Source: Camelus ferus
Taxonomy: Eukaryota
Length of the DNA stretch: 64,000 nucleotides
Direction: 5' to 3'
Assembly: GCF_009834535.1 (NCBI RefSeq)
Contig: NC_045707.1
Span: 64,296,001 to 64,360,000, forward strand
A program made the position numbers and the translations under genes. The notes under the pieces were generated by a model. The model saw only the letters and a program-made list of their open reading frames with translations. It did no database searches and was not told where the DNA came from. How positions within the stretch are numbered: the stretch's first letter is position 1; each line of letters opens with the position of its first letter. Below, piece by piece: positions 26,155-39,480 of the stretch.

Positions 26155-26395
26155 AAAAAAAAAGTAAGCTACTTTATAGTAACATAAAGCAAATCAGTGA
26201 TGACTGAGGGAAGGAGGCAGGGTAGGAAGGGTGGATTGCCAAGGGGCAAGAGAACATTTTGGGGATGATGAATTTTTTATAATCTTGACTGTGGAGGTGG
26301 TTTCACAGGTGTTTACGTATGTTAACATCCAACAAATTGTTTACTTTAACTGTGTGTAGCTTATTGTACATCAGTTGTATTTCAGTAGGTTTTAA
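26155..26395 (+). mobile_element. L1MC/MD-type 3' end
   Basis: gcaaatcagtgatg...attgccaaggggcaagagaacattttggggatgatg...cttgactgtggaggtggtttcacaggtgt. Confidence 0.75.
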
Positions 26396-27750
26396 GAACT
26401 GAACATAATGGAAGAGTGACCGACATGCAAAATATAAAGTCTTCCTGTGATGAAGAATTAAGATGCCCTTAGCTTGTCACAGTGGAAACAGATTTGTCAT
26501 GAGACCGACCTTTGCCTGGCCAGCTTGGCCAAGATTTAATTATTTGGCATGCATTTACTGAGCATCTGCTATGTGCCTTGCACTGCGTTAAGTACTTAGT
26601 ATGTATTATCTTAGGAGATCGTCACGATAACTCTGCAATACAGTAACTTTGAGTGGCTCACTCCTTCCATAAAAATAAGTGCTTTGAGGCACTACACACA
26701 AAAGCGTTAATAGCCATTCACCCCAAACAGAGATCAGCAGTGTTCTGAGCGATGCCGCAGCAGGGGCCTCTGAGTTACAGGGTACCACAAATAAAACTGG
26801 CTGGCTTGGTGATGCAAATTTTTCTTCATAGACTGTATCTAAGAGTTTTTCTGGTTCAGAAAGCAAAAAATTTTGGGAGGAAAAGGGAGAGATTTCTCTG
26901 TCCCCTGATATTTAAGTCCATGAACAAGAAAATCTCTAGCCAGTAGAGGGCACTGCATGAAATGCATCAACCTTGTGCCACCTCTGTTTATTCCAAAGGG
27001 CAGCAAGGTCGATGTTGAGCTTTACTGGAAAAGGAAACTGTCTTGAGATGGAGGAGTGGAAAGAGGTCAAGATCTGAGATAGTATTGACCCAGATTAGTG
27101 AATTCTTACATGAAGAAATGAGATATTTGAATGAGAAGCAGAGTCAGAATCAGAGCAGTGCTTTCAAAGTTGCTGCCATAAAATGAGAATGAAGTGGTTG
27201 GGAGGAGAGGGTAGTGTCACAGTTATGTCTTAATCAGGCCTGGAAACTTGATGAAATGAAATCAGACTAGTGAGATGAGCCAAGACTTTGAAAATCATGG
27301 TTTTGTAGCTAAGGGACATCTCTGAGTCCTCGGTTCAGGATTGCTCATTCAGGTCTACATGCAAATGTATATCTAAAGTAATGTGGTTTATGGAATTTCT
27401 CTGATTGATTATGCATAAAAGCTGCAGACACCCAGCCGGAAGGTTCAGGAAACTGGCCTGTTGATCACGTGCGTGAGTCTAACCCACCCATGGAGTGGAC
27501 ATGACACGAGTGAAGATACTAAAGAGCTTTAAGAAGGATGATTTAAAAAAAAATTGTTTCATGCCTCAAATTCCATATTTACTAATAACTTCATTTTGAA
27601 GCTCTGACTGCTATTAAATGAAGACAATCTCTGAAGAGGTTAATATGCCTAGATGCCAAACATTTGAGAGTTGGAGGAAAGGTAATAATTAGGAGAAGAA
27701 TTAGTTGGTTTTATGAATTTGTGCAGATGGAACTTTAAAATAACTTAGGA

Positions 27751-27950
27751 ATTACAATTATAATTATTATATATTAATATCTATAAATTATATAAATTGT
27801 AAATATAATCGAGTAAATTACAATTTATTATAGATATTAATATATAATAATTATAATTTATAATTTTAATACTATAATTATGATTCTATTGTTTAATTAT
27901 AATTTATTTGATTACAATTATAATTATAGTATATAATTTTACAATTTATA
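27751..27950. repeat. AT-rich region with two inverted repeats
   Basis: 31-bp perfect arms at 27756-27786 and 27828-27858. 17-bp arms at 27869-27885 and 27916-27932 with 1 mismatch. Confidence 0.9.
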
Positions 27951-29149
27951 GTGATAACATTTTAAGAATGATAAACCAAATATTTAAGATAAGGTGCGTA
28001 CATTGCTTTTTGGCCTTTGTTTCCAGTGAAGTCTAGTATTTTCATGCAGTAGGAAAGTTGTTAATACAGAAGTATGTGTGCAATGTTAGATCACTTCACT
28101 GGGCTCTTAGAAATGTATCCACTACCGGTAAAGAAGGGGCTTAGATACAAAGGAGAGGAAATTTTTAAAAACTTCAGCTGCTGTATCATTAGACAAAATC
28201 ATGCTATTGCAGGTGACTTGAATCTGGAAAGTAGTCATTGGAATCTAATGCAAAACCATCACTGATGATAATGTTGCTATGGCATCAGGATCATAGAACT
28301 AGCAGCATCTTCCGGAGTGAATGGTGGAAATTTACCTTCAAGGGCTGTGGAGCACCTTTTGTCTTTAGAGACTTGGTCAAGCGAGGCAGTTTGGGGCTCT
28401 GCGGGTATGTCACCAAACGCTTGTAACACACTTGAGCAGACTGAATCCGTCCCTCTTGACCTCTCCTGTTTCAGATTCCTTTATCTTCTGTGGTATAAAT
28501 GTGTAGCCAGTCAGCAACTAAAAAAATTAAAACACAAAAAGAATTATCTTTCACATTGGGCACAAGTCCGGTTTTCAAAATTTAATGAAATTTTAAATTA
28601 AAGTAGCACATCAAAAGATGTTTCCAATGGCTAGAACTTGGTTCGATGGAGCAAAATTTGTACTAGGAGAGGTGCTTTTTCATTCTCTTGCTTTTCAAAA
28701 AATGAGTGGTCTTTTTACCGGTGTGATAGTGCTCATTCTAAATGTAGAAAACCTTGCTTAGAAACTCTTTTGCTTGGTTGTCAGCTCAGGATTTTATTAT
28801 TTTTACATATTTATGATCTTCTCCCAAAGCAGTAATAGTAAAGAGATGCTAGCATGCCTTGCACATACCCTATGAGGGAACCATGTCATCTGTTTGCTGG
28901 ACTAGACAATACATTGTCACCTCTTTGTCTTTGCAAGTCTTATCCTCTCTGCTTAGGACACTCTTCCTTTGTGAACCTGGGCATGGATTTGTTAGAAAAG
29001 ATGATAAAATAATGGACCCTTTTCTTACAAATAAGCGCACATGCACAGAATTTTGCATGCACCGCCTGGCTTAGACCCAGCCCCCTTCAAAGTAATCCTT
29101 AACGCCGCCAGAAGTTGAAGCGTGCCCACATGTGTCATGGTATTTTGAA

Positions 29150-29265
29150 TATTTGTTTATATATTTGACTATCCCCAGTATGCTGAACTCCTGGAAGATG
29201 AGGTCTATCCCTCATTCAGGTTTTATCACCAGGACGCTCAATAAATATTTGTTGAATGAATTGAT
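29150..29265 (+). mobile_element. L2 3' end
   Basis: Ends aggacgctcaataaatatttgttgaatgaattga. Confidence 0.75.
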
Positions 29266-29459
29266 TCCTCGAGGTTCAGCTACTTGAGGCTCAATTTGTT
29301 ACCAATGGTAAATATTTACAAGCAAATTCAAAGGCTTGACACAGAGAGGCTTCTCAACAAAAGTGGAATGAATGTTCCAACATTTCAATTGCCTGAATGT
29401 TTGATACTTTGTAATGTAAAAGATGTTTATCATGTATTAATTTTGTGTATAAGCCAAGA

Positions 29460-29461
<2 letters not shown>

Positions 29462-29539
<78 letters not shown>
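29462..29539. repeat. Compound (CT)n(CA)n microsatellite
   Basis: Read directly. Confidence 0.95.
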
Positions 29540-29542
<3 letters not shown>

Positions 29543-29844
29543 TCTAATTAGACCTGGACAGTATAAAGAAGCTACTAAAATAGCCACTCATTCATATATA
29601 ACAAGACATTCATATATATTAAATACGTTGATGCTCTGGGATTGTTATTAAGGCTCCTACCCAAAGATAGAGAAGTATCAGTCATCCTGTATTTCTGCCT
29701 TTCTGCAGAGTCGTCAGGAAATTCAGTCGGGTATTTCCTGGCTTGCTCTAAGATTGTTGAATTGGCGCTGTTGCCTCCTGGATATCATGCCAGCGCTGAC
29801 CCCACCTTAAGATGGCAGGAGAGGAACTGAAAGGGAAGAGGGGC

Positions 29845-30442
29845 TGTGCCAGTTTTCTGTGTCTGCATGGCAACTGGCTCAGTGGCCACAGGCTGAATGC
29901 CTTAAAACCCACATGAATTTATTACCTGACAGTTTCCCTGGGTACGGGTTAGCTGAGCCCTCTGCTTAAAGTGTCACAAAATTAAAATCAGGGTGTCAGC
30001 CAGCCTGTGTCCTTATCTCAGGGCTCTGCTTAGGAAAGTTTGCTTTCAAGCTTCCTCAGAAAGTTTGCACAATTCATTTCTGTTTGCTTATAGGACTGAG
30101 GTCCCTGTTGTCTCACTTGTGCTGATCCTCAAACTGCTTTCAACTTCACGAGGCCATTATCAGGCCCTCGAGGCCATTATCAGGCCACTGCCATGTGGTC
30201 CCTGCCATTGTCCCTCTGCCTGGAGGAAGGGAAGCCCCAGTTTCTTTTAAGTGCTAATCTGATTAGATCAGGCCCATCCAGGTATCTCTCTTTTGATGAA
30301 CGTGAAGCCAGCTCATTAATAACCCACTCAGGGGGTCATATCCCATCACAGTCATGGGTTCTGCTCAAGGGGAGAGCGTTACACAAGGCATGTGCTCAAG
30401 GGGCCGGAATCCTGGGCGCCACCTGGGAAGTTTGCCACCACA
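29845..30442 (-). mobile_element. MaLR LTR (MLT1E/F-like)
   Basis: taggactgaggtccctgttgtct, ctgattagatcaggcccatccagg, gtcatatcccatcacagtca, ending ...tgccaccaca. Confidence 0.7.
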
Positions 30443-32108
30443 GAGCTATTCTGGGAGGTGTTATGGGTGGAGCTGAGTCAGCGCAGGGAGAGGTTGTCTG
30501 AGATGGAAAGGGAAAAATCTCGCTTCTCACTGGGTCCTAGCCTGGAGGTGCCGTTGGACGGGAGCAGAATATGGTAGGAGATTTCCTCGGAGGGTTTGAT
30601 GCACATTTCCTGAAGTTTGTGGGTATATGTAAAAATTGTTACTTTTTACAGCCAGCGTGTTTTTGGCAAAAGCAGAAGACGTGAGGGAATACTTGGCAGC
30701 AGAGAGGCAGTCACAGATGGTAATGATGAGGACAGAGTCACCCCCTTCCAGTTTCCTAAGGCTCCCAGGGAGAGGGCAGGGAGACACGGCCACTGGGCAG
30801 GGAGGCGTTGGGGCGTGGACTGCCTGAGAGAGGCTAGAGGGAGACAAGGCTGCCTCTTTGAAAGGCCTCAGGGCCTGAGGAGGCTGAGGGAACGTTTGAA
30901 TCCTTCCCAAGGAAGCCATGCACAGAATCTCTTGTGAAGACCATGTTATCAGTAGAGCAGACAGAATGGACCTGAGCCTAAGACCCTGGTGGCCTCCCCA
31001 CCACCAGCAGGTGACCAGTTACTCCAAGAGGTCTCTGTTCTCCCTATTTCTCCTTCTGGTTTCCCAAATCAGGGGATCTGAGCTTTGAAATAGGGAAGGG
31101 AAGGAGTCACCAGGATCAGACCATTCCTTAACCCCGCTACAAATCTTTCCCATGCAAACCTGGTCTGCTGGGGAGAGGAGGAGATGTGGGTGGGAAGATG
31201 AGCAAATGCGATTTAAGCCAAGGTGAGATGAGAGTCTTAAACAGGCCTGGGCTTCTAGTGAAAGGTGTGGCACATTTCCAAGGTGTCCCTAAGGAATAAT
31301 GACATGACACTGGACAGAGAAAGATTGAAAATAGTGCCTGGAGAAGAATTAAAACATTTCGTGTTATAAACCCATGCTGAGGCTACTCAGTACAACAAAT
31401 TACATGTGTGTTTAAAAATTTCTCCAAGCTTCCAACTTTTTTAATATTCAAAGCAATTTTTTCCTCCATAATTCCCAGTTTTCCAAGAAACAAATGATAT
31501 CACTAAGTTACATAGCAGAGTGAATTGGATTCAGATATATTTCCGAAGACCACGTTTTGATAAGGAAGGCTACAGTGAAGTCAGGGCACAGGGTGTATTA
31601 GTGGGATGGTGGAGAAGGGATGCCACGAAAATTGCCAATTAGGGAAATAGCATTTCTGGAGGGAAAAAATAACACATAGTTTGAAACATTTGCCTGCATA
31701 GGCAGGACATTAAAATGAGGTCCTACTATTTGTTTCTGAATGCAGCCATTATCTCTTGTTATGCACGGCATTTTAAAATAATGTGAAGATGCATCTGAAA
31801 ATACAAAAGTATTTCACAAGAACTCAAAGAAGCCAGGAAACCATGGAAACAAAGCTGATTCTGTACATCCCTCTCTAAAATACGTTGACTCATTATGAGG
31901 TGAAAAAAGTAGTTCCTGTGATAATCATCTGAATATAATTGTGCTGAATGTAAATTGTGTCTATAAAACTTAATGATAAGAGGTAAATCCACTTGTTATT
32001 CTTGCATTGCTGGCTCAACTGATACCCATTCCAGTTTGAATTCCCAAGGTATATATAAAACAATATGCGTATGTATGTGTGTGTGTGTTTATTTGTAAGT
32101 CATCACAG

Positions 32109-32750
32109 TGATGCAGGAAAAACAGATGTGGGGCACGAGGAGGGCCGTGTCCCAGGTATCATTGGAGCCCCTGGGATGTGCCCCGCCAGGTCTGGGTCCT
32201 TGGCTTCGTGCAACAGAATTCAAGAGCGAGCCACAGTTGAGTAAAGGTGGATTTATTTAGAGAGATCCATAGTGCACAGAGTGTAAGGCAAGAGAAAGGC
32301 CACAAGGTGTGGGGGTTGGGTGCTCAGGTTAAAGTAAAAGTAGGTACACACTTGATACACGGAGTGCAGGTTGTCTCCAAAGACGAGGGAGCAAGACAGG
32401 CTGCCACGAGGCGTGGTGTTGCCAGTTTTGTATCGCTTCACACGTCTAACAAGTGGGAGGACTATTCCAACTGCCCTGGGGAAGGGGCTGGGATTCCCAG
32501 GATTTGGGCCACCGCCCACTCTTTGACCTTTTGTGGTTAGCCTTGGGGCTGTCCTGGCGCCTGTGGGCATGTTATTTATCATGCTAATATGTTACAATGA
32601 GCATATAATGAAGCTCAAGGTCTACTAGAAGTCAAACCTCCCTCCATTGACATCCTCAAGGCCAACTGGGAGTTGAATCTTCCACCATTTTGGTGCCAAT
32701 GGCTGTCATTCCTTGAATGGCTGTGCCCTGCCTCCTTCCCTCCTGTCTCA
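32109..32750 (-). mobile_element. ERV1-type solo LTR, apparently full length (642 bp)
   Basis: TG...CA termini, perfect 4-bp TSD acag (32105-32108, 32751-32754), minus-strand AATAAA at 32252-32257, retained CpGs. Confidence 0.85.
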
Positions 32751-33589
32751 ACAGCATCTTAATCATGGTATAAACCTTTAGAAAGATTTATCTTTAAGTG
32801 TAGGCAAGCAGTAGTAAGGTCAAATTAGCATCAGGAGAAACCAGTCTTTTCCAATTTAACAATGAAAAGTATTAACTTTAATAGTAAATGTCGCGTTCAT
32901 ATGTTGAAGAAAACCACATGTCCCAGCAGAAGGAATAATAGGCTACGAAGAACTAATTTAATTTTGCTGGTTTGGCACATGGATAGCCAGCACAACAAAC
33001 AGAACATTTGAATATTAAAATAACTTTGAAGACCTAGCACCATTAGAATCCAGTTTTGTGAAACTTCTTGGTTTAAGACCATTTTATGTAAAATTTCAGT
33101 CTTTTACAATAAATACTCCCAATATTTGGAATTTATTACTTCAAAGAGAAGGACCGTTTTGCTAGGAAATCCTGTGTGCCACATATTTCATGTATGGGAA
33201 ACAAAACAGGAAGGCACCGATGTAATGTGAATATAGTGGATGGCAAGGCACTGATGATCGGTGAGCCCTTGAGTATGCAGTTGAGTAGTAACTGCATGCA
33301 TTGTGCATGATTTTAAATATGATAACAGTATTATGAGATTTATTCTCTTCCAAGAGCAGACGTACCTTTTCATAAAGGAGAACTTGCTGTCTTTGACTGT
33401 CGTTAGGATGTGGATTTTTTCTATTCTGGATAGTTGAGAAACTGCTATATATACAGATATACCTAGATATACATACATGCATAAGATGTATACGCTTGCC
33501 TGTGCGAAGGATACTTTTGGATGGTAAGAAACCGATAGGAGCGGTTGCCCTGAGGTTTAGAATAGCGTGGTCAGGGACGAGCGGGAGGG

Positions 33590-33930
33590 CGTCTTAGCTT
33601 GGTTTTCTTCCAGAGTAGGTCCTGAGTTGAGAACTCAGGTGCAGGAAGCACAGGGATAGCAGTGGGGAAGGTGAGACAGGAAAAGGAGAAAACCCAATGA
33701 GCACATCGCCATTGTGGGCATACAGGGCTCAGGTCCTCCTGGGACGCTCTCAGAAACCGCGTGAAACACGCTTCAAAACGTTCTCTCCAGAGGTGCCACC
33801 CACTCCCACTCTTAACCTGCCCCCCTCCGGGGTTGACAGCACCCCAGGGGCGTTTTCTCCACACTTGCTGTGCAGAGAAGAGAGACTCAGATGCTGGAGG
33901 TGGAAGCAGTCATCATCTGTGCACAGATTC
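33590..33930 (-). mobile_element. ERVL LTR (LTR16/LTR33-like)
   Basis: gtcttagcttggttttcttccagagtaggtcctgag...gtggggaaggtgagacaggaaaaggagaaaacccaat...ccattgtgggca. Confidence 0.65.
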
Positions 33931-36816
33931 TCTGAGGTCCTGGAAGGCTGGGGAGAATGTGTTTAATTTCCTCCGGCTCCTGCTTCCACTATTCTGCACT
34001 GGGTTGCTCCCTGTTAGATCCCGCCTCCCACCCCTGGTCCTGTAGCCACCCCTACACACTTCTTGCACAAGGAAATGTATTGAGCAGACTTTACTAAAGG
34101 TTCTGGCTCACCGAGCCTGGAACACCTTAAACAACTTAGAATTAATTATTAGCATCTCTGTTCTTAAAAAGCTTTTGGGGATCTCCCGTGCACCACTGCA
34201 GGGGTTCCCACCAGACCCTTTTCACCCTGGTTCCCCGCCATGTAGTTTCACCTTCTCTGTCTCTTCTCTAAAGCCCTTTCCTCTACCCACTTGCTGTTTG
34301 CAGGATCACAAATTCCCAAACTTCTTGGGCGGAGTAGTTTGACTCTAGGCTTCTCCACTTACTTGCAGATGTTTCACAAAGCTTTCACCTTCTCTACCCA
34401 AGGTGCGCTACCAAGTTATTCTTACCAAAGGCAGTTCTCTCCCTCAGAGTAACTTTAGCTTTTACTCTTAAGATAACAATCAACTTTTTTTTTTTTTTTT
34501 TTTGCTACATATGTAAGGTTGGTGTGCAAGAAATCATTTTAACAATACAGTGGGTTCTGATAGTGTTATGTATTGTCTTGATTCAGTCTGGGTCTATTTC
34601 TTAGGTCCTCAATTGGCTCTTTTTTTCCTACATAGTCTATGTTGGAATGTCTGCCCCTAGTTTCCAAGCCCTGATCACTGATGTCTCTTAGACTTTTTTA
34701 CCCTAGGAATCACTGTGTAATGCTCTGTGCTACCACATAACTGGAGGTTAACTCTCCTGTGCCTCTGTGAAGGACTGATGTTCCTACAGCAGAAAGAGAT
34801 TTTTCGAGCTTGTATTCAAACGGAAAACAGCACCCTTCCCCACTCAGCAATTTAATCTTCGTTCCCCCATTTGGTTCAGGCTATGGCACTTGCTGAGTGA
34901 CACCATTAAAACATCAGAAGCTCCAGATATTAACTGTTTAATCATGGACATTCCAAAGGCACCTGTTGATTTCCTTTAATAACTATCACAGGGTACGTGA
35001 GGGATTCTCAAACTGAGTTGGAGAAAGACTAGTATTTCAAGCTGCAAGTCCTCTATCCTGAGCTGAGCTGAGTGGTTAATTTTAGGAAAACTTTAGGGAA
35101 ATAAATTATGTTATTTATTTGCTCTGGAGCTTCTAATGTTGACATTACCCTCTCTTACAGTGAGGGAGTTTGACTAATGGCTTAGCCAAGGCAATAATGG
35201 CTAGAAATGAGAGAAGAAAAAAAGTGAGGGCAAGATTCTCTCCAGTCCCCACTCCCACCCCAATTCCCAGGCCGAGATGCACTGTTTACCCGGTCATCCT
35301 CTTAGGAGGGATATGAGTTCTGATGAAAATACGACTGGAAACAAATGCTAAGCCCAGCTTTCCTTCTTAATAATCTTGTTGGTAATTGGTCACAATGATT
35401 TCCCAAAAGGTTCTTGCAAATTAACATTCAGTTTAAACATGCAACTTCCAGTAAGCCCTTGAGCCAGGTCATGTGCGTTTAAGACAGCACAAATTTATCT
35501 GCTGAGGTTTTTAGGTGCCTGTACAGCTAGGCTTGTCCATTTTCAGGCAAACCTCTTTCCCAGAGGTTTGTCATTCTGCAGACAGCCTGGAAAGTCTAAT
35601 TCTTGCTTTACCTCTGTCTCAACCCTCAGTGTCTCTCACGGTCAAATGCAAATAACACTGTCAAGCTGTCTAACATCATTGCAGTGACTCATAATGAACA
35701 ATTCTTATTATAAAGCACTTCCCAATTATACAAACGATAGCTTGTCTTAGAAAAGAAATAAGCTAGTATATGGAAAATATTGGATACAATGGTAAAATAC
35801 ATACCCTACCACCTGCTTCGTGTAAAAATGTCTCAAATGGGAATTTAAAGTGACTATTTCCTTAACCTAAACATGCAAAAGACCTGACTATCTATTTGTC
35901 TATTTATGTATTAGTAAGTAGTCACCTTTTAATGTTTAGGGAAATTTTTGCTTTGTTATATCACAGACAGACATGCGCAGGGAACAGGGGGAAGCTAGGA
36001 CGCAAGAAAAGCAAATCCTCCTTCCCTTCCTTTTCCTCCCTCCCCTCCACGCCCACCCTGGGTGACTGGTTGCAGCTGAAATGTACACGCTCCTTCTGTG
36101 AAGTCAGTGGACTCAAGTAAAGATGCTGACTTGAATAATACATTTGCATGTAATACTTACATCTTACCGTTTCCAAAATGCTTTCACATAGATTGTTTCA
36201 TTTAGCAAGAAGCATTGCACAGATGTTTTGTGGATTTGCAACCATTAAAAGTGCTTTCTGATTAAACTAGTCTAATATTTCAGGTTCTGTTTCACTCCTT
36301 ATTTTATCCTGCCTTCTGGTTCGCAAAGAGATTTTATTATGCTCATGTAAAGTGTCGGTCATTTTCCAGTTACTAAAGCTCTTCCTTAAATGAAATCATA
36401 AGACAGGTTAAGTTGCAAAGAACTTTGGAGAAATTTTATTCTAACCCGTTTATTTTGTAGATGAAACAGTATATTTCAGAGAGACTTTCTGAATTACCCA
36501 GGGCCTGGCTCCATTTTCTGCTCTGAAATCTGCAAGGTTTGCTGATATAAAGTTTAGGTCTTTTCCTAATTTTTTTTTTTACGCTTTCTGTGTTTTAGAA
36601 AAGACTTTTCAGAAGAAAATTTGATATTTGAAGTGAATGCTCCCTTTTTTTCTCTTGCGCAATGTTACCAGATATCTTTTACTTTTTTAGTTAAATCAAA
36701 GGGTTTTAAATTCCTAATCAGGTGTTGTTTTCACTCTTTTCTCTTTAGCTCCTTATAAGAATCTTGTAAAAGGGGCACAGCAGGTATTATTAGCCCTATT
36801 TTAGAGTTACAGAATT

Positions 36817-37633
36817 TGATGGCCAACAGGGACATGAAAAGATGTTCAGCATTGCTAATTATTAGAGAAATGCAAATCAAAACCACAGTGTGGTCTCATC
36901 TCACACCAGTCAGAATGGCCATCATCAAAAAGTCTACAAATGATGAACGCTGGAGAGGATGTGGAGAAAAGGGAACTCTCCTACACTGTTTGTGGGAATG
37001 TAAATTGGTGCAGCCTGGAGAACAGTACAGAGGTTCCATTAAAAAAACTAAAAACAGACTTGCCGTATGGTTCAGCAGTCCTACTCCTGGGCATATACTG
37101 GAGGAAATTCTAATTCGAAAAGATACATGCACCCCAATGCTCATAGCAGCACTATTTCCAATAGCCAAGACATGGAAGCAACTTAAATGTCCATTGACAA
37201 ATGACTGGATAAAGATGTGATATATATATTTACACACACACATACACACTGGAATACTAGCCATAAAAAGAATGAAATAATGCCATCTGTAGCAACATGG
37301 ATGGGCCTAGAGATTATCATAAGTCAGACAGAGAAAGACATATATGATATTGTATGTGGAATCTAAAAAAATGATACACATAAGCTTATTTACAAACCAG
37401 AAATAGACTCACAGACATAGAAAACAAACATGATTACCAAAGGGGCAAGTGTGGGAAAAGATAAATTTGGAATTTGGGATTAACAGGCATACACTACGGC
37501 ATATAAAATAGACAGACAACAAGGACCTACTTGTATAGCACAGGGAACTATATTCGGTTCTTAAAATAACCTATGATGGAAAAGAATCTGAAAAATATAT
37601 ATATATATGTGTGTAACTGAGTCAATTTGCTGT
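36817..37633 (+). mobile_element. L1 ORF2 C-terminus plus 3' UTR (cetartiodactyl-type), lacking its terminal tail
   Basis: ORF 36816-37220 ([60 protein letters not shown]) is the L1 ORF2p C-terminal domain. Confidence 0.92.
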
Positions 37634-39480
37634 TCTGGTAATATATGATCATATTTCTTTAGGATATATGCCCAGGGTTAGCATTTCTGAGTTATGAGGC
37701 ATGTGTGTGCTTAAATTTAATGGGAGATGCTGTCAATTTTTCAAAATATCTGTACCAGTTTATGCACCCAGCAGTAGTGAATGAGAATTCCTGCTATTCC
37801 ATTTTTTTTTAATACTTGGTATCTTCAGAATTTTGTATTTTTTTCCAATATAGGCAATATGTGCAGAAGTTGGCATCTCATTTAATTCCAACTTAATGTT
37901 TTTAAGAACGTTAATGAGGTTTAACACTTTATCATGTGTTTACTGATCATTTGAACTTTCAATTTTGTTTTATGACTGTTTACAACTTTCCCTCCATTAT
38001 CCTATTTAAATTTATTTTTCTTATTTATTTGCAGAAGTTCTCTATTCAAGATATAAGTTCTTTATCAGTTATATATACTGAAAATTCTACCTAAAATTAT
38101 CTGACTTTTCTTTTCATTCTTTTTAATGTTTTTCGAAAAATACAAGTTCTTAATTAATGTAGCCGAACTCTTTTAATAAGGTTAGTCTAGTCTAAATAGA
38201 AAAACTTGGCAAGAATATTACAAGAAACAAAATTAAGAACAAACCTTTCTCAAGAACACAAATGCAAAAACTCTTTAAAAATTGTAACAGGTAAAATCCT
38301 GCTTTATACATACACACACACATACACAGAGTCACCTGATGATGAGAGAGTGGCTGTGCACTGCAAATGGGAAAAATAATCTTTGCAAAATTAATACTGA
38401 GTCAATTGGATCTACCTATGGAGAGAAAAGTTTTCTGATCTCTATGTCACACTCATAACTGAATAATGTAACAATTGTATGGGAAAATATAAAACTGACT
38501 CTTTTTACAGACTACACAATTATCTATGTTAAAAAAAATCCTTAGGAATCTACAAAAAGCTAATGGAACTAATAAGGGAGTTCAGCAAGGTCAAGGACAC
38601 AAGTTTAATACATAAAAATTAAATGAAAGTTCTGCAGACTACAAAATTGAATTTTTGAAAATACCATTTACAGTAGCAAAAAATAATATTTGGGGAAAAT
38701 TTAACAAAAAGTATGCAATGCTTGTACTTTGAAAACTACAGAATATTGCTGAGAGAAATTGGAGAACTAAACACGTGGAGATAAACAATGTTCATGGATC
38801 AGAAGACTCAGGGTTGATAGGGATATCAGCTCTCCCTTATATATTTCATATAGTCCCAAAAAATATTTCAGCAAGTTGCTTGTCAAATTGAAAACCTAAC
38901 TCAGAAATGTGTATGGGAATTCAAAGCACCTGTAAGAGTGAAAAAACCTAAACAATGAGAAAGATTGGAGGACTTATACCTGATATCAAGGTGATAGTTG
39001 TCGTAATAGCATAGCGCAGCCTTGAGGACAGGCATTCCTGTCCTAATATTTCAGGTTCTGTTTCACTCCTGAACAGAGAAGAGAGTCCAGAAATAGACTC
39101 ACAGACATGATCAACTGACCTCCTACCAAGGTGCCTGCATAATTCAGTGTGGCAGTGACAGTCTTTCAAAAACAAATCTTAATGAATCTGAAAATAATTA
39201 TGCTAGTGAAAGGAACCAGACATACCAGACAACATACTAACTGATTTAATTTCTATAAAATCCTAGAAAAGGCAAAACTGTAATGATGAACAGGAGGCTG
39301 CTAAGGGCTGAGAGTAGTTTTACTGCAAAGAGGCACAAGAATTTTAGGGGGACGATGGAGATGTTCTATATTTTGACTGTGATGATTGTTAAAAGAATAT
39401 ATACATTTGTCAAAACACAGATTCATGCAGTTAAAATCGGTGATTTTTTATTTTACCTCAGTAAAGCAGATTAAAATAAT
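37634..39480. mobile_element. Old L1ME/MC pieces: antisense about 37634-38180, sense about 38185-39480
   Basis: ttctttaggatatatgccc (antisense). ggaactaataagggagttcagcaagg, gaaaactacagaatattgctgagagaaatt, and a 3' end ggggacgatggagatgttctatattttgactgtg (sense). Confidence 0.8.

Noticed and set aside
30149..30186. Short direct repeats as a CRISPR-like or functional array (also 1363-1382 and 53412-53440)
   Set aside because: Only two adjacent units each and no spacers. These are ordinary slippage duplications
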